This document shows, in pieces, positions 36,403 to 47,266 of a stretch of DNA of 64,000 bases (within the stretch, counting starts at the first letter, position 1; each line of letters opens with the position of its first letter). A model generated the notes under the pieces. That model saw nothing but the letters and a program-made list of their open reading frames with translations, had not been told where the DNA came from and ran no database searches. Both the position numbers and the translations under genes were made by a program. The DNA comes from Bacteroidales bacterium. GTDB lineage: Bacteria; Bacteroidota; Bacteroidia; Bacteroidales; GCA-2711565. The stretch covers positions 232,242-296,241 of the forward strand of contig OY760934.1 in assembly GCA_963664245.1 (NCBI GenBank), read 5' to 3'.

Positions 36403-38814
36403 TTATTCATACCGAAGTGTTTCTACCGGGTTAACTTTTGTGGCATAAACCGTTTTCGAAAGCATGCTTAACAGGGCAAATAGCATAGTGATTCCAAGAG
36501 CTGTAAGGCCTGGTATTAAAGAGTGTTCAACATGGTATGGGAAACTTTCGAGCCAGCGGTCTAGGCTCAGGTAGCTTAAGGGCCATGCAATGGCGTTGGC
36601 AATAATGATTAGTAAAAAGAACTCTTTGAAGAAAAGTATATTTATAGCCCCGGGTTTTGAACCCAATACTTTTCGAATGCCGATTTCCCGCCTCCGGGTT
36701 GCGGTAGAAAAACTTACTAAACCATAAATTCCCAAACAAGCTATAAAAATGGAAATAATGGAAAGACCTAAAACTACCGATGCTAATTTCTCTTCTTCGG
36801 TATAATATTGTGCTATTTCATCTTTTACAGAATAATAGTTAAATGATTGAGCGGGGAAAACTTTTAAAAATTCTTCGTTCAAAAACTGAATTGAGCGTTG
36901 CATGTTTTCTCCCTTTACTTTAACACTAATACACCAACCTGTTTCTTCCGGATTGTATAAGTGAATAATCATTGGGGTAATTTTATTACGTGCAGACGAA
37001 AAATGAAAATCTTTAACCACACCAACAATTTTCACCCTGTTTCCTTCCATATTATCGCGGTAATCGCCATAATATTTTACTTTAACGCCAATAGGGTTGT
37101 CGGTAATACGCATACGCTTTGCAGCGGCCTCGTTAATAATACACTGGTTTTCTTCTACGCCAACTTGGGTTCGAGCAGAAACAAATCCTTCACCGGCAAT
37201 AAGCTTCATATTATAACAGTCAATATAGTGATGATCGGCATAGTTGTTATTGATCCGAATATATTCTTTTTCTTTGGCACCTTCCCAACTGGCTCGTGTC
37301 CAATTACTCGAATTATGAATAGGATAGTCGTGTACACTGGCTTTTTCTATATCCGGATTTTGGAGGATTTGATTCCTGAAGTAGTTGATACGGTTCATGG
37401 TACTGTCATTAAAGATTATCCGTATCATGTTTTTGGTTTCAAAGCCTTGATCTTTATTTTTAAGGTAATTTACCTGTCGTAATATTCCCAAGGTTCCAAT
37501 AATAAAACAGGCCGAAATTATAAATTGTATCGCTACCAGTATTCTTCTGCTTCTTGACTTTGATACCTTGTTCCCTGATATTCCTTTTATGGCGTCAAAA
37601 GGCTTGGACTTTGAAATGACGTATGCCGGATATAAACCGGATAAAATTCCAAAAAACAGTGTTACAATAATTATAAATCCGAGTAGCTGGAAATTGTTTA
37701 GATAATTGAAATCCAGTTCTCTTTTTACAATTTGGTTGAACCAGGGGAGGAAGGTTTCAAAAATAACAAAGGCTAGAATTAAACTTATAAAAGCGATTAC
37801 TATTGATTCGGATAAAAATTGCGTAATGAGCATGTTTTTATTTGCCCCTGAAATTTTACGCAAACCGACTTCTTTTTTTCGCTTTGTTGAGTAGGCAACA
37901 GCCAGGTTTGTAAAATTTACACCAGCCATAAAAATTATAAATACAGCTAAAGCCATTAAAATATACAAATTTGAAATAGAGCCCCTTAATGCATAATCGC
38001 CGGCTATTGGGCTATATAAGTGAATGTCCTTTATGTTTCTGGCTTTTAATTCGTTATTCGTACTTTCCTTCCAGAATTTTTTCAGAATATGTTTAATTTT
38101 TTTGTTGAAGTCGATTATATCGTGGTTATCAATGAGCTTTACATATGTAGCCAGCCAGTTATTTCCCCACTGGTTAAATTCCTCTGTTCCCCAGATGTGT
38201 TCAATAGTAGCCATTGAAATAAGACTGTTAAATTCGAGGTGGGTGTTCTTAGGTGGGTCATACATGATGCCCGTAATTTTTAATGATGGAAAACCAAATC
38301 CTTGTTGATCAATGATTTTTCCCATAGGGTTTTCATCTCCAAATATTACGTTGGCCAATGATTCTGTTAGAACCACGCAATTAGGCTCTTGCAAAGCTGT
38401 ACTGGGGTCGCCATGTTTTAATTTGTAGCTAAAAAACTCGAAAAACTCCCGGTCAGTAATAATTCGGGTGGTTTCAAAATCTCTTCCTTCTGGTGTAGTA
38501 ATGGTTCCTGCATTATTATAAAATAAGCGAATTGATTCTTTTACTTCAGGAAACTCAGCTTTGATGGCTCTCCATAATGGAACCGGAGCAGTTTCCATAA
38601 GTTCTGACCGTCCGCCTTCAATCATATTTTGTTCTATACGGTAAATGTTCTCTTTCTGAGGGTTAAAGTCTTCAAAGCTAAGCTCGAATTGAATGTAAAG
38701 GGTTAAGGCAATAAATATCGACAATGCGATAGAAAGCCCTATAATATTAATTAAGGCGTACGATAAATTTCGCCTGAAATTCCGAAATGTTGATTTAATA
38801 TAATTTGACCACAT
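36403..38814 (-). CDS. FtsX/MacB-type ABC transporter permease (803 aa)
   Basis: Two FtsX permease modules with MacB-like periplasmic domains. C-terminus NPVETLRYE. Confidence 0.85.
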   Translation of the reverse strand: MWSNYIKSTFRNFRRNLSYALINIIGLSIALSIFIALTLYIQFELSFEDFNPQKENIYRIEQNMIEGGRSELMETAPVPLWRAIKAEFPEVKESIRLFYNNAGTITTPEGRDFETTRIITDREFFEFFSYKLKHGDPSTALQEPNCVVLTESLANVIFGDENPMGKIIDQQGFGFPSLKITGIMYDPPKNTHLEFNSLISMATIEHIWGTEEFNQWGNNWLATYVKLIDNHDIIDFNKKIKHILKKFWKESTNNELKARNIKDIHLYSPIAGDYALRGSISNLYILMALAVFIIFMAGVNFTNLAVAYSTKRKKEVGLRKISGANKNMLITQFLSESIVIAFISLILAFVIFETFLPWFNQIVKRELDFNYLNNFQLLGFIIIVTLFFGILSGLYPAYVISKSKPFDAIKGISGNKVSKSRSRRILVAIQFIISACFIIGTLGILRQVNYLKNKDQGFETKNMIRIIFNDSTMNRINYFRNQILQNPDIEKASVHDYPIHNSSNWTRASWEGAKEKEYIRINNNYADHHYIDCYNMKLIAGEGFVSARTQVGVEENQCIINEAAAKRMRITDNPIGVKVKYYGDYRDNMEGNRVKIVGVVKDFHFSSARNKITPMIIHLYNPEETGWCISVKVKGENMQRSIQFLNEEFLKVFPAQSFNYYSVKDEIAQYYTEEEKLASVVLGLSIISIFIACLGIYGLVSFSTATRRREIGIRKVLGSKPGAINILFFKEFFLLIIIANAIAWPLSYLSLDRWLESFPYHVEHSLIPGLTALGITMLFALLSMLSKTVYATKVNPVETLRYE

Positions 38815-38847
38815 AATGTTTAATTTTTTTTTGATTCATTTATTATA

Positions 38848-38863
38848 ATCAAGTTATGTGCCA
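38848..38863 (-). promoter_or_regulatory. Candidate sigma-54 (-24/-12) promoter for the permease gene
   Basis: The minus strand reads TGGCAC-ataac-TTGAT, against the consensus TGGCAC-N5-TTGCW. It lies 33 nt upstream of the ATG at 38814 and next to a divergent sigma-54 activator gene. Confidence 0.4.
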
Positions 38864-38986
38864 TCAATTATAATGTTCTGAAAAATAAAGTTTTATCGTT
38901 TATCTCGATATTTTTTATTACTCACTTTGTTAAATTTTTAAACACGAAGCGTTCAATTTTTTAACACTATGTTATATATTTACATC

Positions 38987-40342
38987 ATGATTGAAAAAGT
39001 ATTAATTGTAGATGATGATCCGTTAATCATTGAGTCAATAGAACTTCTTTTAAATAGTGAAGTTACTAAAATTGATAAATCAGAGAGGCCCAAAGGAGTA
39101 AAAGAACTGGTTAGTTTGAACGATTATGATCTTATTTTGCTTGATATGAATTTTTCTCCTGGAATAAATTCGGGGAAAGAAGGCCTGGATTTGCTGAAGA
39201 AGATTATAAAGGCTAAACCGGACTCAGTAGTTGTTATGATGACTGCTTTTGCTGATATAAACCTGGCTGTGGAAGCCATGAAATTTGGGGCAACCGATTT
39301 CATCCAAAAACCTTTAAATGCCGAGAAACTACTGGCAACAATAAAATCGGCCTATCAATTGCGCTTGTCGAAAAAGAAAATAAAAGAGCTCGAATACAGA
39401 AAAAAAAATCTGGAAACGGATTTGGAGCGCTTCCAGTCGCCGATTATCGGAAATTCGGAAGCTATGCAAAGGCTTCACGAAACAATTGCCAAGGTTGCCC
39501 AAACGGATACCAACGTGCTGATTACTGGCGAAAACGGAACCGGCAAAGAATTGGTGGCCCGGCAAATCCATAAACTGTCACTGCGTTCAGAAAATATATT
39601 TGTTAGTGTTGATATGGCTTCGTTAAGCGAAGGGTTGTTTGAAAGCGAGTTGTTTGGCCATGTTAAAGGATCGTTTACCGATGCTATTTCCGATAGGGTT
39701 GGCCGTTTTGAAATGGCTTCCGGCGGCTCAATCTTCCTTGACGAGATAGGAAATTTATCGTATTCGCTTCAGGCAAAATTATTGTCGGTAATTCAAAACC
39801 GGAAGATTAGCAGGATCGGTTCTAACCGAGAAATAGATATCGACATCCGCCTGATTTCGGCAACTAATAAAGACCTGTTTAAAGCGGTAGAAAACAATAT
39901 TTTCAGGGAAGATTTATTGTACAGGATCAATACGGTTCACATACAGATACCTCCGCTAAGGCAGAGGGGAAAAGATATTGAACTTTTAGCAGAGTTTTTT
40001 TTAAAGAAATATGCAACAAAGTATGAGAAGTACAAGATAAAGATGAGCAATAAAGCATACGATAAATTGAACCGCTATAAATGGCCCGGAAATGTAAGGG
40101 AACTGCAACATGTTATTGAAAATGCAGTCGTTTTAAGTACGTCTGACTTAATTGACTTAAACGATTTGATGCTTAGGGATGTTGAAATTAGTGATGATAA
40201 TGAGATTAACCTTGAATCGATCGAACGGAAAGCCATATTACGGGCACTGGATAAACACCGGGGAAATTATACGAATTCGGCCGAAGAGTTAGGAATCTCC
40301 AGAACAACATTGTATCACAAAATAAAGAAATATGACCTATAA
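38987..40342 (+). CDS. Sigma-54-dependent response regulator (NtrC family)
   Basis: REC domain (VLIVDDD), AAA+ sigma-54 interaction domain (GENGTGKE, ESELFGH, GSFTDA), C-terminal Fis-type HTH (AEELGISRTTLYHKIKK). Confidence 0.85.
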   Translation: MIEKVLIVDDDPLIIESIELLLNSEVTKIDKSERPKGVKELVSLNDYDLILLDMNFSPGINSGKEGLDLLKKIIKAKPDSVVVMMTAFADINLAVEAMKFGATDFIQKPLNAEKLLATIKSAYQLRLSKKKIKELEYRKKNLETDLERFQSPIIGNSEAMQRLHETIAKVAQTDTNVLITGENGTGKELVARQIHKLSLRSENIFVSVDMASLSEGLFESELFGHVKGSFTDAISDRVGRFEMASGGSIFLDEIGNLSYSLQAKLLSVIQNRKISRIGSNREIDIDIRLISATNKDLFKAVENNIFREDLLYRINTVHIQIPPLRQRGKDIELLAEFFLKKYATKYEKYKIKMSNKAYDKLNRYKWPGNVRELQHVIENAVVLSTSDLIDLNDLMLRDVEISDDNEINLESIERKAILRALDKHRGNYTNSAEELGISRTTLYHKIKKYDL

Positions 40343-41699
40343 CCGATTTTATTTTTTTACCGTAATCAAGTTGCTTTTGATGCTGATAAGCTGCTTCTTG
40401 GTTGCTTATGTTACCTTATATTATACGAACCGGTTTTTTACATTACTGGTTCTGCTCATTCTTATTTTAATACAACTAATACACCTTATATATTATGTGA
40501 ACAAAACGAACAGAGAGCTTGCGACTTTCCTGCTTTGTTTAAAGGACGGAAATACTTCATTTGTTTTTGATGAGAATAAGTTTGAACGGAATTTTGGAAA
40601 TTTATATAAAAGTTATCGTAATGTAAAAGAAGGTTTCAGCCGTTTAAGCAAAGAAAAAGAAAAAAATATTATTTTCTTGCAACAGGTTGTCGAACACCTG
40701 GCAACTCCTTTTTTAGGTATAAAGAACGCTTCAGAAATTATAATCAGTAACCGTTCTGCTTCCGATTTATTTGGGAATAAAAAATTTAAGAAGCTTTCTG
40801 ATTTGGCTGAAATTCACTTCACATTTCCTGAAATAATAAAGGGGATGTCTAATAAGCAGCAAAGAACCTTTGAAATTAAGACCCTTGAAAACAAGTCCCA
40901 AACCCTTCTGTTAAGTGCCAGTGAATTTAGGCTCGAAGGGGATTTAATAAAGCTTATAAGTATCCAGGACATTGAAAATGAGATGGAAAAAAAAGAAATA
41001 CAATCGTACCATAAACTTGTAAGGGTTTTGGCTCACGAAATTTCAAATTCCATAAACCCGATAACCATGCTGGTTGGGAACATTAAAATAAAGTCGGGAG
41101 TATTATTAAAAAACAAAAAATCTCCTGCTTCGGAGAATGAAAAAATATTGCACGACATTAATAGAAGTGCCGAAATAATTGAAACCCGCGGAAACGGATT
41201 GATTGATTTTATTAATGGGTACAAGAATTTCACCTCAATGCCCAAAATTGAAGTTCAGGAAGTTGATATTGAAGTGTTCTTACAGGATAGCTTGAAAATA
41301 CTTGATGCAGAACTTAAAGAAAAAAACATAACGACAAGCATAAGTGTTGAGGAAAACTTGGGGGAATTTATGTTCGATCCTCACCAAATAGAGCAGGTCA
41401 TAATCAACCTGATTAAAAATGCGATCCAGGCCTGTGTTCCTACAAAAGGGGAATCTTTTATAAACCTAAAGGCTTATTCCGAAAAGCTTTATAATTATAT
41501 TGAAGTTGTTGACAATGGAGTTGGAATTGAGAAGGAAATTCTCGATAAAATTTTCATCCCTTTTTTTACGACAAAAAAAGAGGGAAGTGGGATAGGTCTG
41601 AGTTTTTCAAAAAATATTATGCATTTACACCAAGGGCAAATTTTCGCAGATTCTCAACTCAACGAAACAAAATTTATAATGAAGTTCAAACGCAATTAA
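40332..41699 (+). CDS. Sensor histidine kinase
   Basis: Two N-terminal TM helices, H-box [12 protein letters not shown], HATPase N and G boxes ([21 protein letters not shown]). Confidence 0.8.
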   Translation: MTYNRFYFFTVIKLLLMLISCFLVAYVTLYYTNRFFTLLVLLILILIQLIHLIYYVNKTNRELATFLLCLKDGNTSFVFDENKFERNFGNLYKSYRNVKEGFSRLSKEKEKNIIFLQQVVEHLATPFLGIKNASEIIISNRSASDLFGNKKFKKLSDLAEIHFTFPEIIKGMSNKQQRTFEIKTLENKSQTLLLSASEFRLEGDLIKLISIQDIENEMEKKEIQSYHKLVRVLAHEISNSINPITMLVGNIKIKSGVLLKNKKSPASENEKILHDINRSAEIIETRGNGLIDFINGYKNFTSMPKIEVQEVDIEVFLQDSLKILDAELKEKNITTSISVEENLGEFMFDPHQIEQVIINLIKNAIQACVPTKGESFINLKAYSEKLYNYIEVVDNGVGIEKEILDKIFIPFFTTKKEGSGIGLSFSKNIMHLHQGQIFADSQLNETKFIMKFKRN

Positions 41700-42376
41700 T
41701 CTTCGTTATATAATTCCGGTCTTCTTTCTTTGGTTCTTTCAATTGATTTCTCCAATTTCCACTTTTGGATTTCTTTTTCATTTCCGGAAAGTAAAATTTC
41801 GGGAACTGGCCAGCCTTTAAATTCTCTGGGGCGGGTATAAACCGGTGGCGAGATTAAATCATTTTGAAAAGAATCGGAAAGGGCAGAGGTTTCGTCGCCC
41901 AAAACCCCCGGGATTAAACGTACAATACTGTCTGTAAGCACTGCTGCTGCAAGCTCTCCGCCAGATAAGACATAGTCGCCAATAGAAATCTCCATGGTGA
42001 TTAAATGTTCTCTTATTCGCTCATCAATGCCTTTATAATGCCCGCATAATAAAATTAGATTTTCTTTGCTAATAAAGGAATTGCTGAGTTTTTGATCCAA
42101 TTTTAAGCCGTCAGGGCTTAAATAAATTACTTCATCATAGCTCCGGGCTTGTTTTAACAAAGATATGCAAGCGTCAATGGGTTCAATCATCATTACCATT
42201 CCGGCTCCTCCACCAAAAGCATAATCATCGACCGACTTATGTTTATTTCTTGAATACTCCCTTAAATTATGAAAATGAATTTCAACAAACTTTTTTTCTT
42301 TTGCTCTTTTTATGATTGAATGATTAAATGGTCCTTCAAACATTTCCGGGAATATGGTAATAATATCAATTCTCAT
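41696..42376 (-). CDS. trmD: tRNA (guanine37-N1)-methyltransferase TrmD
   Basis: [17 protein letters not shown] ... [10 protein letters not shown]. The ATG at 42376 is preferred over the track start. Confidence 0.9.
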   Translation of the reverse strand: MRIDIITIFPEMFEGPFNHSIIKRAKEKKFVEIHFHNLREYSRNKHKSVDDYAFGGGAGMVMMIEPIDACISLLKQARSYDEVIYLSPDGLKLDQKLSNSFISKENLILLCGHYKGIDERIREHLITMEISIGDYVLSGGELAAAVLTDSIVRLIPGVLGDETSALSDSFQNDLISPPVYTRPREFKGWPVPEILLSGNEKEIQKWKLEKSIERTKERRPELYNED

Positions 42377-42438
42377 TCTGCAAATATTTAAAAACAAAAT
42401 TACAATTTTAAGTTATAGGGTAGGAGTAAATCCGATAT

Positions 42439-42704
42439 ATTTACAAATGTGACAAGTAATTACAGATAACATTTGTAACTCCATAAAAATTCACATATTT
42501 ATACGTAAAAAATACACCATTCACAATAACTACTTGTAAAATAAATATAAAAATTAATCATATCAATAATAACTTTAAGTTTTTTAGTGATGGTTATAGG
42601 TGTTTTTTAGTAAATTTATCAAGTGGGGTAGTCTGTATGTTAACAAATGTACACTAAATATAAATTATATTTGTAAACAAAATAATATTTACATTTGTAA
42701 CATG
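42439..42704. promoter_or_regulatory. Array of ACAAATGT/ACATTTGT (TTTGTAA) motifs in the trmD-HTH intergenic region
   Basis: Copies at 42439-42453, 42468-42479, 42640-42654, 42667-42679 and 42687-42704. Two of them also match TAnnTTTG (-7 boxes): TATATTTG at 42667-42674 and TACATTTG at 42689-42696. Confidence 0.35.
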
Positions 42705-43127
42705 ATTGATCGTATACGATTATTATTAAAAGAGAAAAATTTAAATGCTGCACAATTTGCTGATTTAATCGGCGTACAACGATCCAGCATATCGCATGTA
42801 TTATCAGGCCGGAATAAGCCAAGTTTGGAGTTTATTCAAAAAATATTGAAAGTATACCCTGATATAAGCTCCGATTGGTTAATATCGGGCAAAGGAGAAG
42901 TTGTAGCCCCCGCTAAAAGTCAAAGTGTGGATTTATTTACTTCATCCGATGATTCGTCACAGGGAGGATCGAGCCTTAATAAGATGCGTCCTCAAACTTC
43001 TGAAAAGGTAGAAAAAACAGCGGTTCCCGAAAAGAAAAAGGAAACAGCATTACTAAGTGATAGCTCTATTGAAAGGGTTATTATCTTTTATAAAAACGGG
43101 AAAATGAAAGAATATAAGCCTGAGTAA
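42702..43127 (+). CDS. XRE-type helix-turn-helix protein
   Basis: N-terminal HTH LNAAQFADLIGVQRSSISHVLSGRNKPS, followed by a low-complexity C-terminal part. The ATG at 42702 is preferred over the long AT-rich extension in the track. Confidence 0.7.
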   Translation: MIDRIRLLLKEKNLNAAQFADLIGVQRSSISHVLSGRNKPSLEFIQKILKVYPDISSDWLISGKGEVVAPAKSQSVDLFTSSDDSSQGGSSLNKMRPQTSEKVEKTAVPEKKKETALLSDSSIERVIIFYKNGKMKEYKPE

Positions 43128-43128
43128 C

Positions 43129-43548
43129 TTAGTACATTTCAATTCCTGAAAAGAAGAAATCTGATTCTATTCTGGCGTTTTCATCGCTATCAGAGCCATG
43201 TACTGCATTTTCTCTTAACGAAGTTGCAAAAAGCTTACGTATTGTACCTTCTTCGGCATTTTCCGGATTTGTAGCTCCAATAAGTTTACGGTAATCTTCA
43301 ACGGCATTATTCTTTTCGAGAATAGCAGCAACAATGGGGCCTGACGACATAAAAATACATAGATCCTTATAAAAGGGTTTGTCTTTATGGACAATGTAAA
43401 ATTGTTCGGCACGTTTAAACGACATACGTACCATTTTAAGAGCAATAACCCTAAAGTCGGCTTCATTAATTATTGCTAATATCGGACCAATGTGGCCGTT
43501 TTCTACAGCCTTAGGCTTAATCATTGTAAAAGTTCTGTTTCCTTTCAT
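43129..43548 (-). CDS. ndk: Nucleoside-diphosphate kinase
   Basis: RTFTMIKP ... NAVHGSDS, including the active-site His. Confidence 0.9.
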   Translation of the reverse strand: MKGNRTFTMIKPKAVENGHIGPILAIINEADFRVIALKMVRMSFKRAEQFYIVHKDKPFYKDLCIFMSSGPIVAAILEKNNAVEDYRKLIGATNPENAEEGTIRKLFATSLRENAVHGSDSDENARIESDFFFSGIEMY

Positions 43549-43660
43549 AAATCGTAGAAATATTGATTATTTATTGGTTTAATAAGAAGGTCTAAATTAA
43601 TAAAATTATACTAATTTAGCGATTCATTTAAAGGTTAAATATCTTCTAATTATATCTATT

Positions 43661-44665
43661 TTGGACATTACTGAGTTAAAAAAATTAAAACAGCTTCTGG
43701 AAGACAAGAATCAGAACATTATTATTACTTCGCATCGTAATCCTGATGGTGACGCTCTTGGTTCTGCCCTGGCTTTTTATGAATACCTTGCTCAGCAAGG
43801 GTTTAATGTAAATTGTGTGCTTCCGAATTATGCCCCTTCTTTTTTGACTTGGCTAAAAGGGTACGATCAGATTGTAATTTACGATGAAACCCCCGAAGTA
43901 GCTAAAAAACTGATAAATGAGGCTTCTGTTGTTTTTAGTTTAGATTATAATATCTATCACCGTACAGGAAATATGCAAACAGCTCTTAGCAACACTAAGG
44001 CTAAAAAAGTATTGATTGACCATCATTTAGAACCATGGCAAGGTTTTGATATCAGTATATCGAAGGTAGATATTAGCTCAACTTCCGAATTACTATTTGA
44101 TGTTATTGCGTTCCTGGGAGGAAAAGAACAGATAAATAAAACGATTGCAGAAGCTTTGTATGTTGGCATTGTGACGGATACCGGTTCGTTTAGTTACTCT
44201 TGTAACTACCCTGGGACATACAACAAAATTGCTTATTTGATGGAGAAAGAAGTTGATGCTGAAAAAATCCATCAATTGCTTTATGCAACTTTTACCGAAG
44301 ATCGTTTACGGTTATTGGGGCATTGTTTGAGTGAACGTCTTAGGGTTCTTCCTGAACATAAAACGGCATATATTTTTCTTAGCAGGGAAGATTTAGAACG
44401 TTTTAATTACCAAACGGGAGATAACGAAGGAATTGTAAATTATGCCCTAACAATAAAGGGAATTGAGTTTGCTGCGATGTTTACACAGCGCAATAATAAA
44501 GTCAGGATTTCTTTTCGTTCGAAAGGAAATTTTTCTGTTAATGAATTTGCCAGAACTCACTACAATGGGGGAGGGCATAAAAATGCTGCCGGGGCAGATT
44601 CATTTAAAAATATGGATGAAACCTTAAAAGAATTTGTTGAACTAGTAAAAAATATTAAAATCTAA
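43661..44665 (+). CDS. DHH-family phosphoesterase (NrnA-like oligoribonuclease/pAp phosphatase)
   Basis: Motifs HRNPDGDALGS, LIDHH, DTGSF, GGGHKNAAG. TTG start in the track. Confidence 0.8.
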   Translation: MDITELKKLKQLLEDKNQNIIITSHRNPDGDALGSALAFYEYLAQQGFNVNCVLPNYAPSFLTWLKGYDQIVIYDETPEVAKKLINEASVVFSLDYNIYHRTGNMQTALSNTKAKKVLIDHHLEPWQGFDISISKVDISSTSELLFDVIAFLGGKEQINKTIAEALYVGIVTDTGSFSYSCNYPGTYNKIAYLMEKEVDAEKIHQLLYATFTEDRLRLLGHCLSERLRVLPEHKTAYIFLSREDLERFNYQTGDNEGIVNYALTIKGIEFAAMFTQRNNKVRISFRSKGNFSVNEFARTHYNGGGHKNAAGADSFKNMDETLKEFVELVKNIKI

Positions 44666-45975
44666 TGATGAAAAAAATTACACCAATTTTTATTTTACTT
44701 GCTGTTGCAGGTTTATCTTTCTTTATGGCCTCTTGTAATAAATACAAAGGGTATGAAAAAACAGAGTCGGGAATTTATTATAAGTTTCATAAGAAAACAG
44801 ATAGTATAAAGGTTGAAGCAGGTGATGAAGCTGAATTTAGAGCCCGGTACTATTTAAAAGATTCTGTTTTACATGATGCTTTCTCTCATCCGGTGAAACA
44901 ACCGATGTTCGAATCTCAGTATATTGGGGATATATTCGAGTGTTTTTCATTAATGTCGGTTGGCGATAGTGCAACTTTTATCATTCAAGCTGATTCTTTC
45001 TTCCTTAAAACGGCTAGGGCACCAAAGCTTCCAAAGTTTGTGACTCCAAAAACAAAATTGTATTTGGATATTGAACTGCTCGGTTTAAAAACCAAGAAAG
45101 AAATTGAAATTGAAAAGCAAAAACAGTTAGCTGAGTATAAAGCAAAAGAGGAAAAAGACATTGAAGAATACAAGACCAAAAATCATTTCAGCAAGAAGTT
45201 TGCCGGAACAGATATCTTTTACAAACCTATATCAAGAGGTAAAGGTAATTATCCAGATTCATCGGATATGATAACGGTTGATTATGTGGTAAGAGTGCTG
45301 AATGGAAGGCGCTTAGGAGGAACGGACATTACTAAAAAGCCGATGGTATTTGAATGTTTTGGGAAGAACCATGAAACAAAAGCTTTCAATTTGGCGATCA
45401 GTAAAATGAGAAAAGGAGAAAAAGCTGAATTTATTGTTCCTTCATCGTATGCTTTTGGCGAAGAAGGTATGACAGGACGTATTTTGCCATACACTCCTTT
45501 ATTTTACGAGATTGAGATTGTTGGTATTCAATCGAAAGCTGCTTATATAGCAGCTAAAGAAGAAAAAGATCGTGAATTGGTTAATGCTGAAGAAGAAAAA
45601 ATTGCCAACTATTTGAAAGAAAATAATATCACTGAATCTCCTCGCGAAAGTGGTTTGTATTATATTGAGAAGAAAGAAGGGCTGGGGAAACGCCCGCAAG
45701 AAGGAGATGTCGTAAAAGTTCACTATACTTTGTACACCCTTGAAGGTAAGAAAATTGATTCATCTGTTGATCGTGGGCAACCGTTTACATTTACTGTGGG
45801 TAAAGGGCAGGTTATTGCAGGATGGGACGAAGCCTTGACTTTAATGAAAGAAGGTGCTCAGGCAACATTACTTATCCCTTCAAAAATTGCTTATGGTGAT
45901 CGTCAAAGGAGTAAAGATATTTTACCTTACACACCTTTACGGTTTGAAGTTGAATTGCTTGAAATTGAAAAATAG
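44665..45975 (+). CDS. FKBP-type peptidyl-prolyl isomerase lipoprotein (multi-domain)
   Basis: Lipoprotein signal ...FFMASC. The C-terminal FKBP domain reads VKVHYTLYTLEGKKIDSS ... VIAGWDEAL ... IPSKIAYG. Confidence 0.85.
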   Translation: MMKKITPIFILLAVAGLSFFMASCNKYKGYEKTESGIYYKFHKKTDSIKVEAGDEAEFRARYYLKDSVLHDAFSHPVKQPMFESQYIGDIFECFSLMSVGDSATFIIQADSFFLKTARAPKLPKFVTPKTKLYLDIELLGLKTKKEIEIEKQKQLAEYKAKEEKDIEEYKTKNHFSKKFAGTDIFYKPISRGKGNYPDSSDMITVDYVVRVLNGRRLGGTDITKKPMVFECFGKNHETKAFNLAISKMRKGEKAEFIVPSSYAFGEEGMTGRILPYTPLFYEIEIVGIQSKAAYIAAKEEKDRELVNAEEEKIANYLKENNITESPRESGLYYIEKKEGLGKRPQEGDVVKVHYTLYTLEGKKIDSSVDRGQPFTFTVGKGQVIAGWDEALTLMKEGAQATLLIPSKIAYGDRQRSKDILPYTPLRFEVELLEIEK

Positions 45976-46009
45976 AAAAAAAGCCCCTCTTTAAAGAGGG
46001 GCTTTTTTT
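45976..46009. terminator. Bidirectional intrinsic terminator
   Basis: An A-run, then GCCCCTCTTT/AAAGAGGGGC, then a T-run. It lies between the convergent FKBP gene and the end of the long minus-strand operon. Confidence 0.7.
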
Positions 46010-47249
46010 ATTGTTGTTTTATATTATCAATCAAACTAACCAGTTCCTGTGGTTTAAAGGGTTTGGCAAGATATTCGTTCATGCCTGCCGAAATACACAT
46101 TTTGCGGTCTCGTTCCATTACGTAAGCTGTAATAGCAATGATCTTGATAGGTTTTTTAACATTTTGTTTTTTCTCTACCTTTCTAATTTCGGAAGTCGCT
46201 TCAAGGCCATCCATTACCGGCATTTGAATATCCATTAAGATTAGATCGTAACTATTTTCTTCGAATTTTTTTACTGCAATTTTCCCGTTTTCAGCAATAT
46301 CAACGGTATGTCCTTCTTTCTTCAGGGTAGCTGTTGCAAATTTCTGGTTCAGAAAATTATCTTCTACCAATAAAATCGACATGGGTTTTTTGCTTTCAGT
46401 TTCAGCAACAGATTCAATAATTTTAGGTTTTTCGACATATTCGCCTATGCCTAATTCTGCCGTAAACCAAAAAGTTGATCCTTTGCCAACTTTGCTTTCA
46501 ACGCCAATTTCCCCTTCCATTAAATTAGTTAGGTTTTTAGCAATAGCTAAGCCTAAACCGGTTCCACCATATTTACGGGTTGTTGTAGAATCAATTTGTG
46601 AGAAAGCCTGAAAAAGTTTAAGCTTATCTTCTTCAGATATACCAATACCAGTGTCAATAACATTAAATCTAAACAAGCCTTTATCCTTACCTATATGCAT
46701 GGGTTCAACATTGATGGTAACATTACCTTCTTTGGTGTATTTGATGGCGTTATTGGTAAGGTTGGTAAGAATTTGTTTTAAACGTGCTTTATCCCCGATT
46801 AATTCGTGCGGGATGCGTTCATCAATCCTGACATTTAATTCAATGCCTTTACCTTTTGCTTTGTTCATTAAAAGTTGCTGAACAGCTGTAATTTCATTTT
46901 TCAGAATGAACGGATTTGTATCGAGTTTAAGCTGTCCGGCTTCAATTCTTGAGAGATCAAGGATATCATCAATGATGGTCAGTAAGTTATTTCCTGAAAC
47001 ATTAATGATATCAAGAAATTCCATTTGTTCTTCAGTGAGGTCCGTTTGTTTTAAAACGTTATACATCCCAATAATGCCATTCATAGGGGTTCTGATCTCA
47101 TGGCTGATATTGGCTAAAAACATTGATTTTAGCTGATTTGCAGCTTCATTAATCTCTTTAGCTTTTTTGAGTTCATGTTTTAATTCCTGAACCTGTACTT
47201 TTAGCTCATCAATTTCCTGAATTAAATCGTCACTTGATTTCTTATCCAT
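46008..47249 (-). CDS. Hybrid sensor histidine kinase/response regulator (cytoplasmic)
   Basis: Coiled-coil, H-box [10 protein letters not shown], HATPase (DTGIGI, GTGLGL), C-terminal REC (LLVEDN ... LILMDIQMP). Confidence 0.8.
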   Translation of the reverse strand: MDKKSSDDLIQEIDELKVQVQELKHELKKAKEINEAANQLKSMFLANISHEIRTPMNGIIGMYNVLKQTDLTEEQMEFLDIINVSGNNLLTIIDDILDLSRIEAGQLKLDTNPFILKNEITAVQQLLMNKAKGKGIELNVRIDERIPHELIGDKARLKQILTNLTNNAIKYTKEGNVTINVEPMHIGKDKGLFRFNVIDTGIGISEEDKLKLFQAFSQIDSTTTRKYGGTGLGLAIAKNLTNLMEGEIGVESKVGKGSTFWFTAELGIGEYVEKPKIIESVAETESKKPMSILLVEDNFLNQKFATATLKKEGHTVDIAENGKIAVKKFEENSYDLILMDIQMPVMDGLEATSEIRKVEKKQNVKKPIKIIAITAYVMERDRKMCISAGMNEYLAKPFKPQELVSLIDNIKQQ

Positions 47250-47266
47250 AACAATTATTAAAAAAA

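Noticed and set aside
42600-42701. N-terminal extensions from upstream or non-ATG starts in the ORF track (also 10949-10990, 15449-15469, 16890-16922, 22161-22190, 31021-31059, 38969-38986, 42377-42397, 56177-56203, 57399-57473)
   Set aside because: Internal ATG codons give canonical N-termini (signal peptides, REC domain start, family-typical first residues, agreement between paralogs). The extensions run through promoter or repeat sequence.
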